From Podarcis cretensis (Eukaryota), in the NCBI GenBank assembly GCA_951804945.1, contig OX638151.1, positions 44,640,001 through 44,704,000 on the forward strand: a DNA stretch of 64,000 nucleotides. The letters run 5' to 3'. The notes under the pieces were generated by a model. The model worked only from the letters and a program-made list of their open reading frames with translations. It had not been told where the DNA came from and did no database searches. The translations under genes and the position numbers were made by a program. Shown here piece by piece: positions 25,759 through 37,512 of this stretch. Each line of letters begins with the position of its first letter. Positions within the stretch are counted from its first letter, which is position 1.

Positions 25759-26397
25759 GGAGCCAGCATGGTGTAGTGGTTAAGAGCGGTGGACTCGTAA
25801 TCTGGTGAACCGAGTTCGCTTCCCCACTTTTCCACATGCAGCTGCTGGGTGACCTTGGGATAGTCACACTTCTCTGAAGTCTCTCAGCCTCACTCACCTC
25901 ACAGAGTGTTTGTTGTGGGGGAGGAAGGGAAAGGAGATTGTTAGCCACTTGTGAGACTCCTTAGGGTAGTGATAAAGCGGGATATTTTTGAATTATGGTG
26001 CTGGAGGAGACTCTTGAGAGTCCCATGGACTGCAAGAAGATCAAACCTTTCCATTCTGAAGGAAATCAGCCCTGAGTGCTCACTGGAAGGACAGATCCTG
26101 AGGCTGAGGCTCCAATACTTTGGCCACCTCATGAGAAGAGAAGACTCCCTGGAAAAGACCCTGATGCTGGGAAAGATGGAGGGCACAAGGAGAAGGGGAC
26201 GACAGAGGACGAGATGTTTGGACAGTGTTCTCAAAGCTACCAGCATGAGTTTGACCAAACTGCGGGAGGCAGTGGAAGACAGGAGTGCCTGGCACGCTCT
26301 GGTCAATGGGGTCACGAAGAGTCAGACATGACTGAACAACTAAACAACAACAACAAAAGCGGGATATCAAATCCAAACTCTTCTTCTACTTCTTCTT
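25759..26397 (+). mobile_element. Squam3-like tRNA SINE with (CTT)n tail, interrupted by Bov-B
   Basis: A box tggtgtagtgg, B-box-like gagttcgcttcc; 3' end resumes after the insertion at 26356. Confidence 0.8.
25986..26355 (+). mobile_element. Bov-B (RTE) LINE 3' fragment
   Basis: FELWCWRRLLRVPWTARRSNLSILKEISPECSLEG..YFGHLMRREDSLEKTLMLGK; (CAA)n tail; 12-bp TSD aaagcgggatat. Confidence 0.93.
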
Positions 26398-27014
26398 GGG
26401 TGCCTGCTAAGAAAAATTTGTCAGGCATTTTGAGGATAAAGTTGCTTGCTTCTGTGTAAATTTAAACACCATAGTTGAGACAGATGCAGCTGAAATGTCC
26501 AGCATGTCTGGTGTTATGGGATCTGTTTCAGCTTTTAAGACCTGAGGACTCAAGGTGCTTGTGGCTGCCTGGGCAAGTGCCTCCCTTCTTAGTGCTTGCT
26601 TGTCAGTTAATTCAAGTGAGCTGGAAGAGACTGACGTGATGAACACATCTTTACATGAAGTGGTTCTACTTATTTCCCATATAGAAGCAGTAGTGCAACT
26701 GTGCCTTTAAAAGCCAGCTCTGGAGGCTTGCTGCAAAATATCCCCAGGGTGGGGGAATGTGCTCAGCAGGATGGTAGCTGTTCAACTGCAAGTACTTTTG
26801 GAGGAAACGGATTATCTGAACACATTCTAGTCTGGGTTCAGGCCTGGCTATGGGACCAAATTGCCCTTGGTCACCTTGATGGGTGGCTTTTATTATGAGA
26901 AGGCAGGGAGAGTGTGGCCCTGTTGCTTATTCTTGACCTGTGACTTTGGATACCATTGATTGGTAGTATCCTGAAGATAAGTTCTGTAGGAGTAGGAGTC
27001 ACTAGGTTGCAGTG

Positions 27015-27109
27015 AAAACAAAATAAAAAAATTCCTTCTAGTAGCACCTTAAGGACCAACTAAGTTAGTTCTTGGTATGAGCTTTCGTGTGCATGCACAC
27101 TTCTTCAGA
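27015..27109 (-). mobile_element. Penelope-like element terminal fragment
   Basis: 12-bp flanking repeat taggttgcagtg (27003-27014 and 27110-27121); carries a hammerhead motif and a ttggtc.ttaaggtgcta segment recalled from reptile Penelope ends. Confidence 0.75.
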
Positions 27110-27111
27110 TA
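27075..27111 (-). ncRNA. Minimal type I hammerhead ribozyme motif
   Basis: Minus strand reads tat-CTGAAGA-a-GTGTG-catg-CACAC-GAAA-gc-TC-atac: CUGANGA and GAAA core boxes, perfect stem II, vestigial stem III. Confidence 0.7.
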
Positions 27112-27224
27112 GGTTGCAGTGGTTTGGCTCCTACATAAGGGGATGGTTCCATAAAAGGTCATTGGGCTACTGTATCTCGGACAACTGGCAGCTGTGCCAT
27201 TCCAAAAGGGTTCCATCTGGTAGT

Positions 27225-27380
27225 TGTTGGCATCTTTATAACTCGGGAGACAATGGAAGAGTGTGCCTTTGGGGGTAAAGTCAAGTCTTTGGAGAGTTAC
27301 AGCACCTGCTGTGGCTGTAGAGACCAACGCAGGAGAGACATGTTTTGTTGTTGGTGAGGCAGGTGAAGGCAGGAGTTCCA
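27225..27380 (-). mobile_element. RTE-clade LINE 3' end (second copy at about 40230-40360)
   Basis: Minus strand encodes NKTCLSCVGLYSHSRCC, an RTE C-terminal motif; the two copies align by eye. Confidence 0.65.
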
Positions 27381-28825
27381 TCTTGCCTCCAAGTTACTTT
27401 TACCATGATAATGCAAGTAAATGTGAATTAACAGACAATATTTCTTCTAAAAATATTCAAAACCTGCATTTGCTTTCATGGTAGGAACTTTCTAAGTAAC
27501 TCATAATTTCATGAGTCCAGCGTTTTTCACATGGGTTGGCCCAAGGTCTCACTTGCTCTTAAGTTTTTCACATCTACTTCCTGTAAATCCATCATACAGA
27601 GAGGCCTTGTGATCATGCACATCTTATCCCCTGCTTTGTCTTTTATTTGCTCTTTCTGGGGCAGGGCTATATCTCCAAGTGTGTTTGTAAAAAGGTTTAA
27701 GCACACTGCCACCTTACTCTTAACCAGGCCTCCCTGGCCTACTCCAAGATAGCTATTAAGGAGAATCAACAAGAAATTGTGATGCTGCAAACCTCTAAAG
27801 AGAGTTTCACCACCACAAACACAATTTAGTCAGCAGAATCTTCTTAAATGCAAACTAGACCCCTAGGATGGAGGGGGAAGTAATACCTTGAATAAACAGA
27901 GAAGCATTACAGCATACCTGGAAGTCAACAAACTTATTTTCTAGGAACAATGGGGAAAGAGTGTTCCCAAGTCAAGAGGCTTCACCAGTGCTCTGCTTTT
28001 AGTTACAGAAAATCCTTTCAATAACAGCTCCTCCACAGATTTCAAGTCTCAACAAACAACTAGACTGTTTGACTAGTTTGCATAACTTCCTTAATGAAGT
28101 CAGATCAAAGTCATATAGTTTGAAAGAGTTTTGCTATAAATCAAAACATTTGGTAAGTTTGCATCTATACAGACCAAAATATAAGGATCAATGTTAAATA
28201 TGAACTGATCTCTAATAGTTTTGCCTTCAAAATGTTAGTTACATCATAACTTATTTACTTGAAGCACAACTCTTCCTAGTTTTGTCTACATCTGAAGTAA
28301 TTCATGAAATTATTTCTATTTTCATTTTTAAAAGACTAATAATGCAATTAATAATAATAATATGTTGCCCCTCATTATTTTGTTCTGTAACCTATGCATG
28401 TTTACTTGGGAGTGAGTTTTTCCTCCCTAGTACGTGTTTTCTGTGAACTGCCCTGACACCTCCAGGTATACGGCGGTATATAAATTCAATAAATAAGAAT
28501 GATAATACTTCATACTGTAGTTTTTGGCTGGGATCCAATACTTAGTTACCTGGGAATAAATTCTGCTAAACCCAGTGGTTCGTGCTTCCTCTGCATAATC
28601 TGAAGTTTTCTTATTTTCTTATCCAAACCGATCAACATTTGAAAACTATATTTTTACAACTTCTGTATTTTACTAAGTATATAAAAGGATAATATTTTCA
28701 TAGATGAATTATTTTAACATAAGCCTCTGCTGCAACCTCATGGCAAATACAGATCAACTCCAATGATGTTAATCAACAAGCACCAAGCAAAAGCTTCAGA
28801 CCTATATGAGTTACAAAAGAAGTGC

Positions 28826-28941
28826 TTAGTTTTCATCCACAACCATCATTGAGATGTAGTCTTTGTAGCGAACATTATTTGTTTCTGGATCCACAGCAGC
28901 AGACAACATTTCCTCCATTTCTTCTTGAGTGAAAGGCTCAC
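28826..28941 (-). CDS. EFCAB2: EFCAB2 (DRC8) coding exon 7, with stop codon
   Basis: (G)EPFTQEEMEEMLSAAVDPETNNVRYKDYISMMVVDEN*; acceptor ctgcAG; TAA at 28828-28826. Confidence 0.95.
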
Positions 28942-29408
28942 CTGCAGCAAAAACAGGAATATTTGCAAATGGCTATTGTTTTTATTTATTTATTACTGCT
29001 CAGCCTTCTCAAGCATTCTTGCTATTTACCATAAGTTTTTTCAATCACACCAAGAATGAAGCACAGACCTGGGTACTTTTTCTTTCATTGCATACACACA
29101 TAATCATATAACAGATGAACTTGGTAACTTCTTAGCACAATTCAAAGTGCTGGTTTTCACTTTTAATGGCTTGCAATTCAAGTGTCTTTAGGGCCACCTT
29201 CCCCCACATGAGCCTGCCTGATTATTAAGATCATTCTCAGAAAGGAAAATTAACTACGAACCCCCAAAATTGGGGTCCCCTCCAAACCTGGGCCCTTCTC
29301 AGAGGCCCTTTTCCGGGTTCCTGCACTATCAGAGGCAGAGGTGGGAGCTGACCACATATATCTGCGGAGTCTGCACTTCAGAACAGCAAAAGCATCTTGT
29401 AAATATAC

Positions 29409-29475
29409 CTTCTTCAGTCATGTACTTGACCAGCTCATCTTTAGTAAGATGACCACATTTATTCTGGTCTAAAAC
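29409..29475 (-). CDS. EFCAB2: EFCAB2 coding exon 6
   Basis: VLDQNKCGHLTKDELVKYMTEE (EF-hand-like loop); AG/GT boundaries; 67 nt. Confidence 0.95.
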
Positions 29476-29564
29476 CTAAAAAGAATAGAATATAAAGTGT
29501 TACTCTTCCTTCTCTTAGTTTAAGTAGTATTTTCCTCCATAAGTGGAATTTAATTGATACAGAC

Positions 29565-29607
29565 CTCAAATGCACGCAGAAGAATATCTTCTGGAATTGG
29601 GCGGTAC
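29565..29607 (-). CDS. EFCAB2: EFCAB2 coding exon 5
   Basis: (R)YRPIPEDILLRAFE; AG/GT boundaries; 43 nt; followed by an 89-nt intron. Confidence 0.95.
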
Positions 29608-30256
29608 CTGAAATGATTCAATTAAAAAAATACTTAGTGGTGTTATGTATCTCAGTTGTGCCCAGTCTCTTTGCTGCTGCAGCACCATTGCCTTGCTCTT
29701 CTCTTTTAAGAAGAGTATCATTTGTTGTTGCAATCTGGGCTCTGAGAAAGACCTCTAAGCAGAGGTCTATGAATTACTTATGATGATGCTTACTTTGTAC
29801 TGCTAATTAAGTAAAGTCATTATCCATGCCAATTTTTGTTCTCAGCATATCTTCCCGTGGAATTTCTTACCATTTTATTTAAGAGAAAGTCTCTAGAAAG
29901 ACATACACAATGTAAGTCAATACAGTGGAAGAATAGTAGAATCGACATGCCCAGTTTTAAAAACAAATCTATTATATTTTTTTCACAGTGAAGCTTATAC
30001 TTTAAAACTGATTTTGTCTGTACAGCTTATAAAAGAACCTTGAATAAAATTAGATGTGTGTGAGTGATTATTATTATTATTATTATTATTTGAATTTATA
30101 TACTGCCCTACACCCGGGGGCCTCAGGGTAGTTCACAGAGAAAATCAAGATATAAAACCACAAAATACATAATAAAAATATAAACAACCCAATAGCCCAC
30201 CCTATATAAATATATGCATGACTCAAGTTATATAAGCAGGTCCTTTTTTAAATCAC

Positions 30257-30336
30257 CTTCTTTCCGTCAATACTCTAGTCATCATAGGAAGAAATTTTTC
30301 CAAACGAATAAACCCAGTTGGTTCTTCTTCTTCTAC
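30257..30336 (-). CDS. EFCAB2: EFCAB2 coding exon 4
   Basis: VEEEEPTGFIRLEKFLPMMTRVLTER; AG/GT boundaries; 80 nt. Confidence 0.95.
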
Positions 30337-30880
30337 CTAAAAATAAGAATACAAAAGCAAGATGAAATACAGACAAACAGAAAAGAAAACGAGTTTTCTC
30401 AAGTTTAAGCTAGTAGATATTTGCAAACATAATAATAAAAGAAAGGCAAATATATTATCCTTCACACGGATGCATTGAATCCATGGACTGATGCTGAGAA
30501 TAGGACATCTGTAGCAGAGGGCAGTCAGATGTGGAGAGCAGAGAGGATACATCAGACCAGTCCCCATTCCTCTCCTTCCTCGCTGATCAGTGACACTGGC
30601 CTCATACAGATTGCCTTCACACAAAGCAGAGTGCTCAGACACGGGGCCCAGAGTATGCATCTGCATGGGCATAATCAGGGTGGGAGTGCATGGTGAAAGT
30701 CTGAATCAGTGGATGCTTAAAACAGGAGGAGCAGAATGCCTGCAGAATGTACCACGAACACGTCGCCTTTAAACTACCTTGCACCAATATTAAAAAAAAG
30801 GATTTTGGGGTTTCTCTGATGTCAGCATAGGAACAAAGGAAGCCGATTTATACAGAGTCAGACCGTTGGTTTATCTATGC

Positions 30881-31042
30881 CAGTGGCGTAGCGTGGGGGG
30901 TGCAGGGGGGGCCGGCCGCACCGGGCACAACATCTGGGGGGCGCTCGCACTCGCAGCTCTCTGCCCCTACTAAAATCCACGGGTTAGGGGGCGCAAATTA
31001 CTTGCCTTGCCCCAGGTGCTGACAACCCACGCTACGCCACTG
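30881..31042. mobile_element. hAT MITE (CAGTGGCGTAGCGTGGG TIR) inserted in an older SINE in EFCAB2 intron 3
   Basis: Perfect 17-bp TIRs; 8-bp TSD atcta(t/c)gc; CpG-rich. Confidence 0.88.
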
Positions 31043-32869
31043 ATCTACGCTGATTGGAAGCAACTCCCCAGAGTTTCAGAATGAGGTCTTTCTTAGCTAT
31101 ACCTGGCAGGTCTTGAACTCTGAATCTTTTGTATGCAAAGCATGCACTCTGCAACTGAATTACAACCTGGTCCCCAAATAACTTAGGAATAGTGCTTGTA
31201 GTTCCTTGATACAATATTTCAACTCCCGCTAGATTTGCAACCATTAGCAGGCAGCCTACATGTTAGCACAAATTATACTACGAGAGGCCAGTTATAGATA
31301 GATTTCACTTACCTAATACCTGGGTCAGCTGACACCAGTGATATGTTACAGTGCAGAAAGCTATCTGATGCCACTTTGCTTTTCTATCTTAAGTAAGTCA
31401 TGGGAGATTGGTCTCCAAATTATACCAGAGCAGACTCTTAAATAGAAATTTTATATAGCAAAGTATAATGACTCAATAAAATACACTAAATAAAATACGC
31501 TAAATACACTTTGTATTGGCAGACAATCCTATCTCAGTTTGAAAACATGCTGGGAGAATCACTGAACATTAATAGGATGCGTTCTTACTACTGCCTTGCC
31601 TTCTTCCACCTGCCTTGCCCCACCCTCCAGTCTCTGCTTCTCAATTTGTATTGTATTATTTTATGCACCATGACTTGCCATTGTTTTATTTATTATAGTT
31701 TAGAATCTTTTTATTATAATTGTTAAGAGCGGATTTATGTTTAATTTTTATATGCTGATATTTAATATTATTCTATACTATTCTAATGGATTGTTGAATA
31801 TTACTTTATTTGATATAAGTTGCTTATTTTAAAGTTATGTTTTATTATCACATTTTTGTATTGGATTAGATTATTATAAGGTGTACATTCTTTGTTTCTT
31901 CAGCTTGTAAACCACTTTGGGTATCGTAAAATAGAAATACAGTATACAAATTAAAAGTGATGATGATGATGATGATGAAAATTAAGATTCTAACAAGGAT
32001 GCTAAGATGATTCTAACAATTATATAGGTTAAAGCTTGTTGTTTTAAACATATTGTTTGTTGACATCCAATTTGTTCATTATCATAATACTCCCAAGACT
32101 ACACGAAACAAGCAACAGTGGGCATTTTCAGTAACTCAACATTGTCCTCTAGTGGTAACAGTACATTTGTGCAAAACACTGCTCCTTCAAAACAGAATTT
32201 TTGAAAGAATAAAATGTTATTATATGAAATTGTTTACACTGGAACAGTTATTTCTCTTGGAAGAAGGAACCCATCCATGAAGAACAGGATACCTTTCATA
32301 GTCAAGATCAGAAAAGAACAGAGGCAGTCTAGTGACACTGTGTAGAATAGACCTCTAGTTAAGGAATTGTTACAGAAGTGTTTTATCCACAAAAATAAAG
32401 TTATACTTCTAAGACCTATTGACTGCATTCATTTTTGATACAGTAGCCTGTAGCATTACCGAGCCATTATTTTACTTCATCAATTTCACAGTTGAGTATT
32501 TCCTGAAAACTGGTATTTACTACACAGGGGCAATTTGATTAGACAGTCCTGAGGTTAAAGTCATTAGCCCTATCTGGGCATTTGGTCTTGTCAGGTATAA
32601 ACAAAGGTGCAAGGAGAGTGAGGGTGAACAGCCCTTGTGAGAATTTTAATTTTAATTTAATTCTCGCAAGGGTTTCCACCACAGATAAGGTTCCCTGCTT
32701 CAGTCTTTTTGCTCTCACACCCATGGAGGGCTCTGAACTGTGCACAAATGATGCACTTTAGGTATGGGTATAAAGGCAGTTCCTCCATATGGTATTTCTA
32801 ACTTTTGCTAATTTAGAGAGATCAGATTTCCTGTATAAAATGATAGAACTTAAAAAGCACATAAAGTAC

Positions 32870-32942
32870 CTCTGCAATCATATCATGTAGATCCCCTTCA
32901 CTTGGGCAGCATCCTAATGACCTAATGATTGTACCAATCTCC
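32870..32942 (-). CDS. EFCAB2: EFCAB2 coding exon 3
   Basis: (R)EIGTIIRSLGCCPSEGDLHDMIAE; AG/GT boundaries; 73 nt. Confidence 0.95.
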
Positions 32943-33161
32943 CTGAAAGAAAGAATATATTTGTTAATAAATCTACAGTGCAATACAAATCTCTAGCAGC
33001 TACAGTTGTGGGCAATTCCACTTTTACCCAGCAGCTCCCCATACCCTACCTAAACATACCCTACTTAAACATTGCTTAGAAGCTGGCCAGTAAATCACAC
33101 CATTTTACATTGGAGTTAATGCTTTATTAGCAAAAACATGATCTTTACAGACTTGGATTTG

Positions 33162-33831
33162 TGTCAGGCCTAATGAGTGCAGCAGGTCGTAGGCCTTACC
33201 CCATGAAATCAGTTGTCTAGACTAAAGGTCCCCCCCTCCCCTCAGCCATCTATGTCCCCTTTTCTCCAGGCTTTTTCCAAGCAATCAGAGACTGCACCTC
33301 CTTGTCTGCATCTGCTCCTCCTGCTTCATGCCTTTTCTGGCTCTAGGAGTCAGTGGGAAGGGGAGTTGGTCTCAACAGAAGAGACACCAGTGACTCATCA
33401 CCAGCCTGACTCATCTCTGTTTCTTGACCTCCCTCCTCCCACTCACCTGCTTTAGCTTCTGCCTCTGATTCTGGACTTCTCTCTGCCACAGTTTCTCCCA
33501 GCTCACTAAAACCCAGTGGCGTAGCGTGGGTTGTCAGCACCCGGGGCAAGGCAAGTAATTTGCGCCCCCTAACCCGTGGATTTGCGCCCCCTAACCCTAC
33601 CCCTACCCCTAATCCCCAGTTGTTGCGCCCGTTGCGGCCGGCCCCCCCTGCACCCCCCACGCTACGCCACTGCTAAAAGCTGTTACCTCTTCAGCTTCTG
33701 ACACCTTCTCTTTCCCCTCTAATCACTCATTGTTATCCCACCACCACTCCCTGGGCTCTGAGCTTTCTTCCCTTGGTGGTTTCCCAGCTGGTTCCTCCCA
33801 CCATTCTTCTGTGTCCAACCAGTTCATGACA
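33162..33831 (-). mobile_element. Putative solo-LTR-like repeat (TGTCA...TGACA)
   Basis: Inverted TGTCA ends and strong purine skew; no convincing TSD. Confidence 0.4.
33514..33672. mobile_element. hAT MITE, same family as 30881-31042, opposite orientation
   Basis: Perfect TIRs; 8-bp TSD ctaaaa(c/g)c. Confidence 0.88.
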
Positions 33832-34650
33832 GGTTCTGACTCCTGATCCTCCAGAGAGGATTTTTAGGGGCCACAGACAGCTGCAGGGGGAAGAAGAGAA
33901 CAGGAAACTTCCCTTGCATGAACATATTTTATTTGTTTGTCTGTCTGTTTGTTTGTCTATTTATTGTTTGTTTATTAAATTTCTATACCACCCTTCATCC
34001 AGTGATCCCAGGGTGGTTCACAATATAAAAGCACAGACATACATAACATAGTAACAAACAAATACCTCCCATCCTACAGTGACTAGATACCTAAAATTAC
34101 TTCAAATTTAGTCGTGCTCTTGAGAACAGAGATTCAAGCCTAGTGGGTAATTAAACATGTACCAGCAGCTCTCTTTAATAAAAAAAATTAAAGCTGAAAT
34201 CAAGGAACTGTGCTTATTGAGAAAGTGTTGCAAGATTTTGGGCATGCGTATCCTTCAAAGAAAATTAAAGAAGATACAGTAATCCTTTTTTGTCTTTGGA
34301 TGTCTGTATGAAAACAAAACAATTCTACAGGATGATGCTATAACCCAATTAAGTTCCTGTTGTAGGAGACAACTGCTAAAAAACAGTCTAAGAATCTTTT
34401 GGCAATTTATTAACTATTTATTATAATGCCATAATAAATATTATTTTCATCTTTAAGGCACCACAAGACTCTAATGCTGTAGCTTTTGCTGTGGCTAACC
34501 TTTCTAGAAACTGAAATAGCTAAAAAGGCATCCTATACAGTTCTGTCATCCTTGCCTCCGAAACACCTTACAAATGCCTTTAAGTTTGTGCTGGTGCCAG
34601 AAGTATTCCAAGAGTCCTTCAGATAAGGCAAAGGGAAACTACCAGCTGCC

Positions 34651-35110
34651 TCTTACAATATAGAAGCAATGCAGCTGCGAGCTGCTAGCTTGAAAACATC
34701 ACATGATGGAATGTTGGGACTGTTCCGTGGGAAACAGAGGGACAGTCAATTCACAGTGCAAAGCACCAGAATTAGCTCAGAGTGTAATATGAGCTCTTCC
34801 TCTTGTTCCTGTACAGGAAGTACAGGAAGTGTTTTCTCTCTCGACTGCTGGAGCTTGAAGAGAGCAGTCATGTTTTCTGTAATGCTGCAAAGACAGAAAT
34901 AAAGGCATGTAAATACGTTTCTGTCTATCTCTTTCCCCTGCCGGGGGGGGGCAGGAAAGAGGGGGGGTGTTCTTCTCACGCTGAGAAGAATCGCCTATCG
35001 CGACCTAGCCTGAATCTTGCTGGGGAATGCAGACAGGGAGGTCAACAGGAGATCAAGCCGGGTGCCTGGAGAGTTGCCAGTTACTACTGATATAGGCTTG
35101 AATTCCGACA
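34651..35110 (+). mobile_element. Solo LTR (460 bp) in EFCAB2 intron 2
   Basis: Perfect 5-bp TSD ctgcc; ends in CA, starts TC (possibly mutated TG); AATAAA at 34898-34903. Confidence 0.6.
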
Positions 35111-35262
35111 CTGCCTAGTCCCCACCTCCATCCACTCATTGCCCCCTAAAAGCCACTGTATAGTTCAGGAGCTTCCCCAGAGTGCTGGCAAGGAAGTGTC
35201 AATGGCAGCTGCTGCTGCCTCAAAAGGAGTGAGGCTAATTCACAAGCCCTGGGGCAAATGTA

Positions 35263-35486
35263 CAGTGGTACCTCAGTAGCTTCAGGTTACAGACGCTTCA
35301 GGTTACAGACTCCGCTAACCCAAAAATAGTACCTCGGATTAAGAACTTTGCTTCAGAAATCGTGCAGCGGCGACGCGGAGACAGCGGGAGGCCCCATTAG
35401 CTAAAGTGGTACCTCAGGTTAAGAACAGTTTCAGCTTAAGAACGGACCTCCAGAATGAATTAAGTTCTTAACCTGAGGTTCCACTG
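35263..35486. mobile_element. Tc1/mariner MITE, family A
   Basis: TA TSD, TIRs; reverse orientation relative to 2107-2324. Confidence 0.9.
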
Positions 35487-35569
35487 TATACCAATATACA
35501 CCAACTCTGGTTTCTTGCACTCTAAAACACTGTTACATTGTAATAGTTCTGAAAGAAGATCTTCCAGAC

Positions 35570-35654
35570 CTGACATCCACAGTTTTATTACACTCATGGT
35601 CAAACACCTCAAAGGCCTCGGTGATCTTCTTATGGATTTCAGTTATTGCAGACT
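35570..35654 (-). CDS. EFCAB2: EFCAB2 coding exon 2
   Basis: (E)SAITEIHKKITEAFEVFDHECNKTVDV(R), calmodulin-like first EF-hand; AG/GT boundaries; 85 nt. Confidence 0.95.
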
Positions 35655-35692
35655 CTGCAAAATGAAACAATAATGAATGTGTTATATATAAT

Positions 35693-35754
35693 TTCTCTTG
35701 TCCACAGTATATTCTTTTGTCCACAGTATATATTCTCTTGTCCACAGTATATTC
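35693..35754. repeat. Three tandem copies of a 19-21-nt unit (ttctYttgtccacagtata)
   Basis: Seen directly, about 40 nt upstream of the EFCAB2 exon 2 acceptor. Confidence 0.85.
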
Positions 35755-37149
35755 TGTAATTCTTTATCAGATAAGGCATTTAGCAAAACATATTATTTAT
35801 AAGTTTTGTTTGTTTACTTTGTGTATTGTGAGCTGCTCTGAAAACAATTTCCTTTGTGTGAAGGCAGTATATCAAGTAAAACAGAAAGTCGGTGAAATGT
35901 AATTGAAATTCCTCAATCCGCTTTCTTTGAATCTGTCCCTTTAGTCATTTCTGAAAAACTCCAATTGGTAATGACATTTCGGAAAGATGTTGCCTCCCTC
36001 ATCCTAGTCATCTTAGAGCTAAACTAAATGCATTTTTCACATCTCTAACCCTGGCAAGCATGATTTTTTAAAAATCAAAAATCTGGGCATTGATGTTCGG
36101 GGGTTTTAAACATTTGCCCCGCCACAGTCCCAAGCAGAACCAGAGTCTGTCCCCCGCTCCATCAGCTATTTGCAGTGGAAGGCAAGCTCCCATTGGTAGT
36201 AATGGGAGCCTTCCTCACAGTGGAAAACAGCACATCCCCATAGCTGATTCAGATCAAACCATGGCAACTGGTGTCTGTCACACCACAGACCTCATCCAGT
36301 TACCTACACACCAGCTATTTATTCATTTATTAAAATGCATCTTAGGTCTAAAGACATAAAAGATCTGCATGCATACTTACTGAAGATTTTGATATAAATA
36401 AATTTTCATGACAAGGGTGCTGAATATACTAATTAACCAGGATAGGTTTACACTGGATTGTACCCAACTAAGTTCTACTTAGAAGAGACCCGGTGAAATT
36501 AATGAACCTAAGTTAGCCATGTCTATTAATGTTAATGGATCTGTTCTGAGTAATACTAGCAGTAGCTACTCTATTGCAAGTTACAGTGAAGGATAATTTA
36601 CAGCACCATGCTAATGATGTCTACTCAGAAGCAGGTCTTGCTGAATTCAGTGGAACTTGAATTCAGGTAAATGGGGTTAGGATTGCACCCTTACTGCTGA
36701 TTGTACAAGGAAGGTTTGGAGTGTTTTGTCCATTTTCTTTAAGTGGTTATATGCTAGAAGTCAAAGCCTGTTGAACAGTTGTGTTTTTGAGAATACACTA
36801 GAATATTGATTAAGATGCATTTGGCTAATATTGCATTTGGCTAATACTGTAACACAGTGTATTAGAATTGGCCTAAGAATTTAATAGTAGTGTTTATACA
36901 TTTCTTATTTGTTCATTTCCTTGCAATAAAGAACATTGTATATTCTGTATACATTTTTTCTTAATTTATTTATTTTTTGGCTATGATGTGTGTGTTTTTT
37001 TAGCTTGATAGTAAGCAGTGAAATTATTCATACTTACTTCCAGAACTATAGACCTTTTATTCACAGCATTTTAAACTTGATAATTAAATTCTAGCTTTAT
37101 AATGAGTTTTAATTTAACGTGATTATTTGTCATGGTATAAACTATGCAT

Positions 37150-37512
37150 GGGACGCAGGTGGCGCTGTGGGTTAAAGCCTCAGCGCCTAGGACTTGCCGA
37201 TCGAAAGGTCGGCGGTTCGAATCCCTGCGGCGGGGTGCGCTCCCGCTGCTCGGTCCCAGCGCCTGCCAACCTAGCAGTTCGAAAGCACCTCCGGGTGCAA
37301 GTAGATAAATAGGGACCGCTTACCAGCGGGAAGGTAAACGGCGTTTCCGTGTGCGGCTCTGGCTCGCCAGAGCAGCGATGTCACGCTGGCCACGTGACCC
37401 AGAAGTGTCTCCGGACAGCGCTGGCCCCTGGCCTCTTAAGTGAGATGGGCGCACAACCCCAGAGTCTGTCAAGACTGGCCCGTACGGGCAGGGGTACCTT
37501 TACCTTTACCTT
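37150..37512 (+). mobile_element. Sauria SINE, full length and CpG-rich (young)
   Basis: Intact A box and B box (ggttcgaatcc); perfect 13-bp TSD tataaactatgca. Confidence 0.93.

Larger units (their letters stand above)
26790..27175 (+). mobile_element. Old L2-clade RT fragment
   Basis: Degenerate SGFRPGYGT..LVTL, LLLILDL, DTID and LQWFGSY motifs with stops and frameshifts. Confidence 0.65.

Noticed and set aside
35693-35754. Short direct repeats (also 6025-6060 and 52561-52595) as a CRISPR-like array
   Set aside because: Vertebrate DNA, two or three adjacent copies with no unique spacers: ordinary slippage duplications.
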